Position numbers and translations under genes: made by a program. Positions 60,962-64,000 of a stretch of DNA of 64,000 bases are shown one piece after another. Source of the DNA: Sphaerodactylus townsendi (lineage: Eukaryota); contig NC_059434.1 of assembly GCF_021028975.2 (NCBI RefSeq), forward strand, positions 54,436,001 through 54,500,000. The letters are read 5' to 3'. The notes beneath the pieces are model-generated. The model was not told the DNA's origin. It ran no database searches and saw nothing but the letters and a program-made list of their open reading frames with translations. Position 1 is the first letter of the stretch, and the number at the start of each line of letters is the position of its first letter.

Positions 60962-63900
60962 TCCTTCAGCAGACAGCACAATTGCTTGCCATGCATCTGA
61001 CTCCCGAAACAAACAACTACATGAATGCTTTAGTCAACTGATCCAGTCTCCCATCTCGGTCTCCCTACAAAAAACACAAAAATCAGCCTACTGTTTCTCA
61101 GCCTGTTCCTCAAGCCAAAGAATCTTACCATCCCCAAATGCTTGGTTGTTTTATTCTAAAATCTGACGAGAAGTTCTGACAGATCAAAACTACTTCCTCT
61201 CATAAACTCCTATTGATGAAATATCATAAATTGTCCCCAGCATCTGTAATGCAGTTCCTGACACAAATGTATTATTTCTTCTATAAACATGCAGCACACA
61301 GTAAGGGCTGCCTTCCTCCTTAAAGATTAGTCTCGCTTAATCTGAGCAACACGCACAGTCTGCTCTGCCAATAAATTGTAGAGTATCAGCTGATAAGATC
61401 CATGCATTCCTATACCATCACACACTGTAATGCAGTAATCCACATAACTGCAACTTTTTTTATCCCAAGCTGAGGAAAGCAATAACATATCTCAAGAGGC
61501 ACACAGAAAACCTCTTGTCTAAGAATGTTCAGAGACAAAACGTCTTTCTTTTCAAACAAAGTCTCGTATTATAGTGAACTAACATAATTTTGCCATGGAT
61601 GTTCACGTGTATCCTGAGGAACTGGATGAAATACCAAACATTTATCTAAAACTGTGCCAAAGTTCAACACACTGTTGCACAAACTTTATTAATTTTTAGA
61701 GACTAAGACTGCAACCCTATGCAAGCTGCCCTGGGACTAATGGAACACTTTGAGCAATTATACCAAGCATATGAAGGATCAGAATGAAAGAGGCTGCAGT
61801 CTTTTCTCATTTTTCATCTTTTAGAAAATAGTATTGCCCAGCAACTGCTTTTTAAAAGATTCTTATAGATGAGCCTTTGACTATAAACTTATACTCAAAA
61901 TGAAGCTCATTGAGTTGACAGAAACCTGTACTCAATAGGGGAGTAGTCTCATTATCACTACAGTACTAAGGTTCTTTGTCTGAAACTATATACTGTTGAA
62001 ATCAGTCAGTGCAGATGAACATTATTAAGATGGCAGATATCCAATATATTTTTACTGCTCATGATTTGCAGACATATTTAATAAAACTTATAGTGGCATG
62101 AAATGTCTTCAACTTTAAATTGGCAATGGAAACTTTCTCCATTATTTATTGCTGTCCACAGCATTCCCAGTTTTCTCATTGGCTGACAAACAGAAAGTAT
62201 TCTGGGTGAGAATCTCATGTCCAAATTCTGCACTAATTGCAGAGAAGATGATGAAGAGCCACAAAAGGTTTTATCGTTTAAGAGGCTTCAAAGAAGGCAA
62301 TCAATTGCCTGAGTTCTTTTCACATATTCCCTGTCTCCAGTGCCTCCACAAGCATTCTTGGCTTGGCTGTAGAATATTAAAGAAAACCTTGTCCCTTCCC
62401 CAAGTCACCTTATATTTACAGTATTCAAATCAAGTGTGTCATGGGACAAACAGCTATATTTGCAATGATGACCTCTATTGGGGGAACTCCGTTTAAAATC
62501 ACTATGGAGTCTGATTCAGGACAGTGGAGCAGAGAGGGAGCAAGAACTCCTGTCTTCCTCTCCACAACATTTTCTGATGCCAAAACTGTATTGGGCAGAT
62601 ATTATTTGCCAAGCTATAATGTGTGAACCCTACATAGTTATACACTTTAGAATGAGACATTTTGACTTTGCAGTATTTGCTGTTACACAAAGTGTTTTGT
62701 TCATAAATCCACCCTTTCTCCATCAATGTACTCTAGTTGCTCCACACCAGAAATCTAACCACCCAACATACACATCAATTTATTATATCACCCTTTATAT
62801 CTTCTCACAGCCTTATTTATTGCCTCAGGCACTGATCAAACAGCAACAAGCAGAGATGGAAGCTAAACTTATGATGGAGGTCAGTTGACTGGTTTTACAT
62901 CTAGGAGATTGTACTGAACTTGAACTTTGTAAACAATCCTTACAAATGTGTAGTTTAAGGCACTTTGTGTTTGCCTTTCATCTCCTAGTACAGATTAGCT
63001 CTGGTGTTATAAAACTACTGTACTCTGGATCTTGAAGACCTACTCCATACATTGTCAACACAAGGTGAGTTACACAATCAGTTTCTTTCTCTCTTTCAAC
63101 ACCACATGCCCTTACCCCTGCCCATCGTATACCCAATGGAGTTGTTTGTGCTGTAATACTTGTGGTTTCCCACTAAATGCTGTCATAATGTTGCTTGTTT
63201 CAGCATTAAGACATAGCAAACAGTGAAGTGTCTTTTGAGAAAAAAGAATAACAAGCATCAACCACTCGGTACACTTGTCTGTGAAAGAATGAGGAAACTT
63301 CTGCAACTCCAGGGGACAAGGTATCATTTCTATAAAAATAAGCAGTGGAAAAAATATCTGAGGCTAATTAATGATTTCGGAGGGGGAAAATAGTATGTTG
63401 TGTGTATGAAGATGAGTATGAAATTACCCATCTAGGATACAGATAAGCATATCCATGTGTCTTTGAGCATATATACTTTCTTCTATTTGCAGTTCTTGGT
63501 CAATTTGAGACAATGGAAAATAGAAGCAAAGCAAAATTTTAAGGTCGTGGAAGGAATTGACATCAGTTTTGTTTGCACTTATCTGGCTGAAATAGGTCAA
63601 AATGTATTTTAAAACTTAATGATACAGAGCTAGTAAAGCTTTCAGGTAGATGAGCAATCAGATTATGATAGAAAAATCTTTTTATTAAGTGATAAATATT
63701 CTATTCTATTTTACATGTTCAGATCGGATTTTTTCTCATTTTCTTTCTTGTTTGAATTTAACAGAAGGCTTAATACCACCACTATCAGTATAATTTTTAC
63801 TCATTTAAATAGCTAACAGCATGTCTGCATAAAAAAAATTGTGACATGAAATAACTTTTTGTTCCAGTGTGCCACATCATATGCTTTGAATATTTCAAGT

Positions 63901-64000
63901 TCTATCCCTGCCAAGCATGTGTCAAGTAGTGTAAAAGTTCCAGAATTTTTAAATTTTTCTACAGATTCACCACATGTGATAAAAAGAGCCATCCACTTCT

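Overview
Eukaryotic, AT-rich (with GC-rich islands) vertebrate DNA with four N-gaps. The repeat content (Sauria/Squam-type tRNA SINEs, CR1, L2, R4/Dong, Penelope-like elements, DIRS) points to a squamate reptile, probably a gecko (inference). No intact protein-coding gene is visible; the window reads as a very long intron or gene desert with one plausible + strand exon at 5427-5580. The only recognisable cellular gene sequence is an intronless BDH1 retrocopy (11993-13118, - strand). It keeps its 5' UTR, is flanked by an 11-bp target-site duplication, and stops inside the CDS with no poly(A) tail. The rest is a dense mobile-element landscape: about 14 PIF/Harbinger-type MITEs (3-bp TSDs, shared TIR, outward-facing splice-donor pairs), hAT MITEs (8-bp TSDs), Penelope-like terminal repeats of which one keeps an apparently intact minimal hammerhead ribozyme, a DIRS tyrosine-recombinase remnant, an ERV integrase/env fragment, solo LTRs, and several perfect fold-back hairpins. 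All family assignments come from recalled motifs, not database searches.
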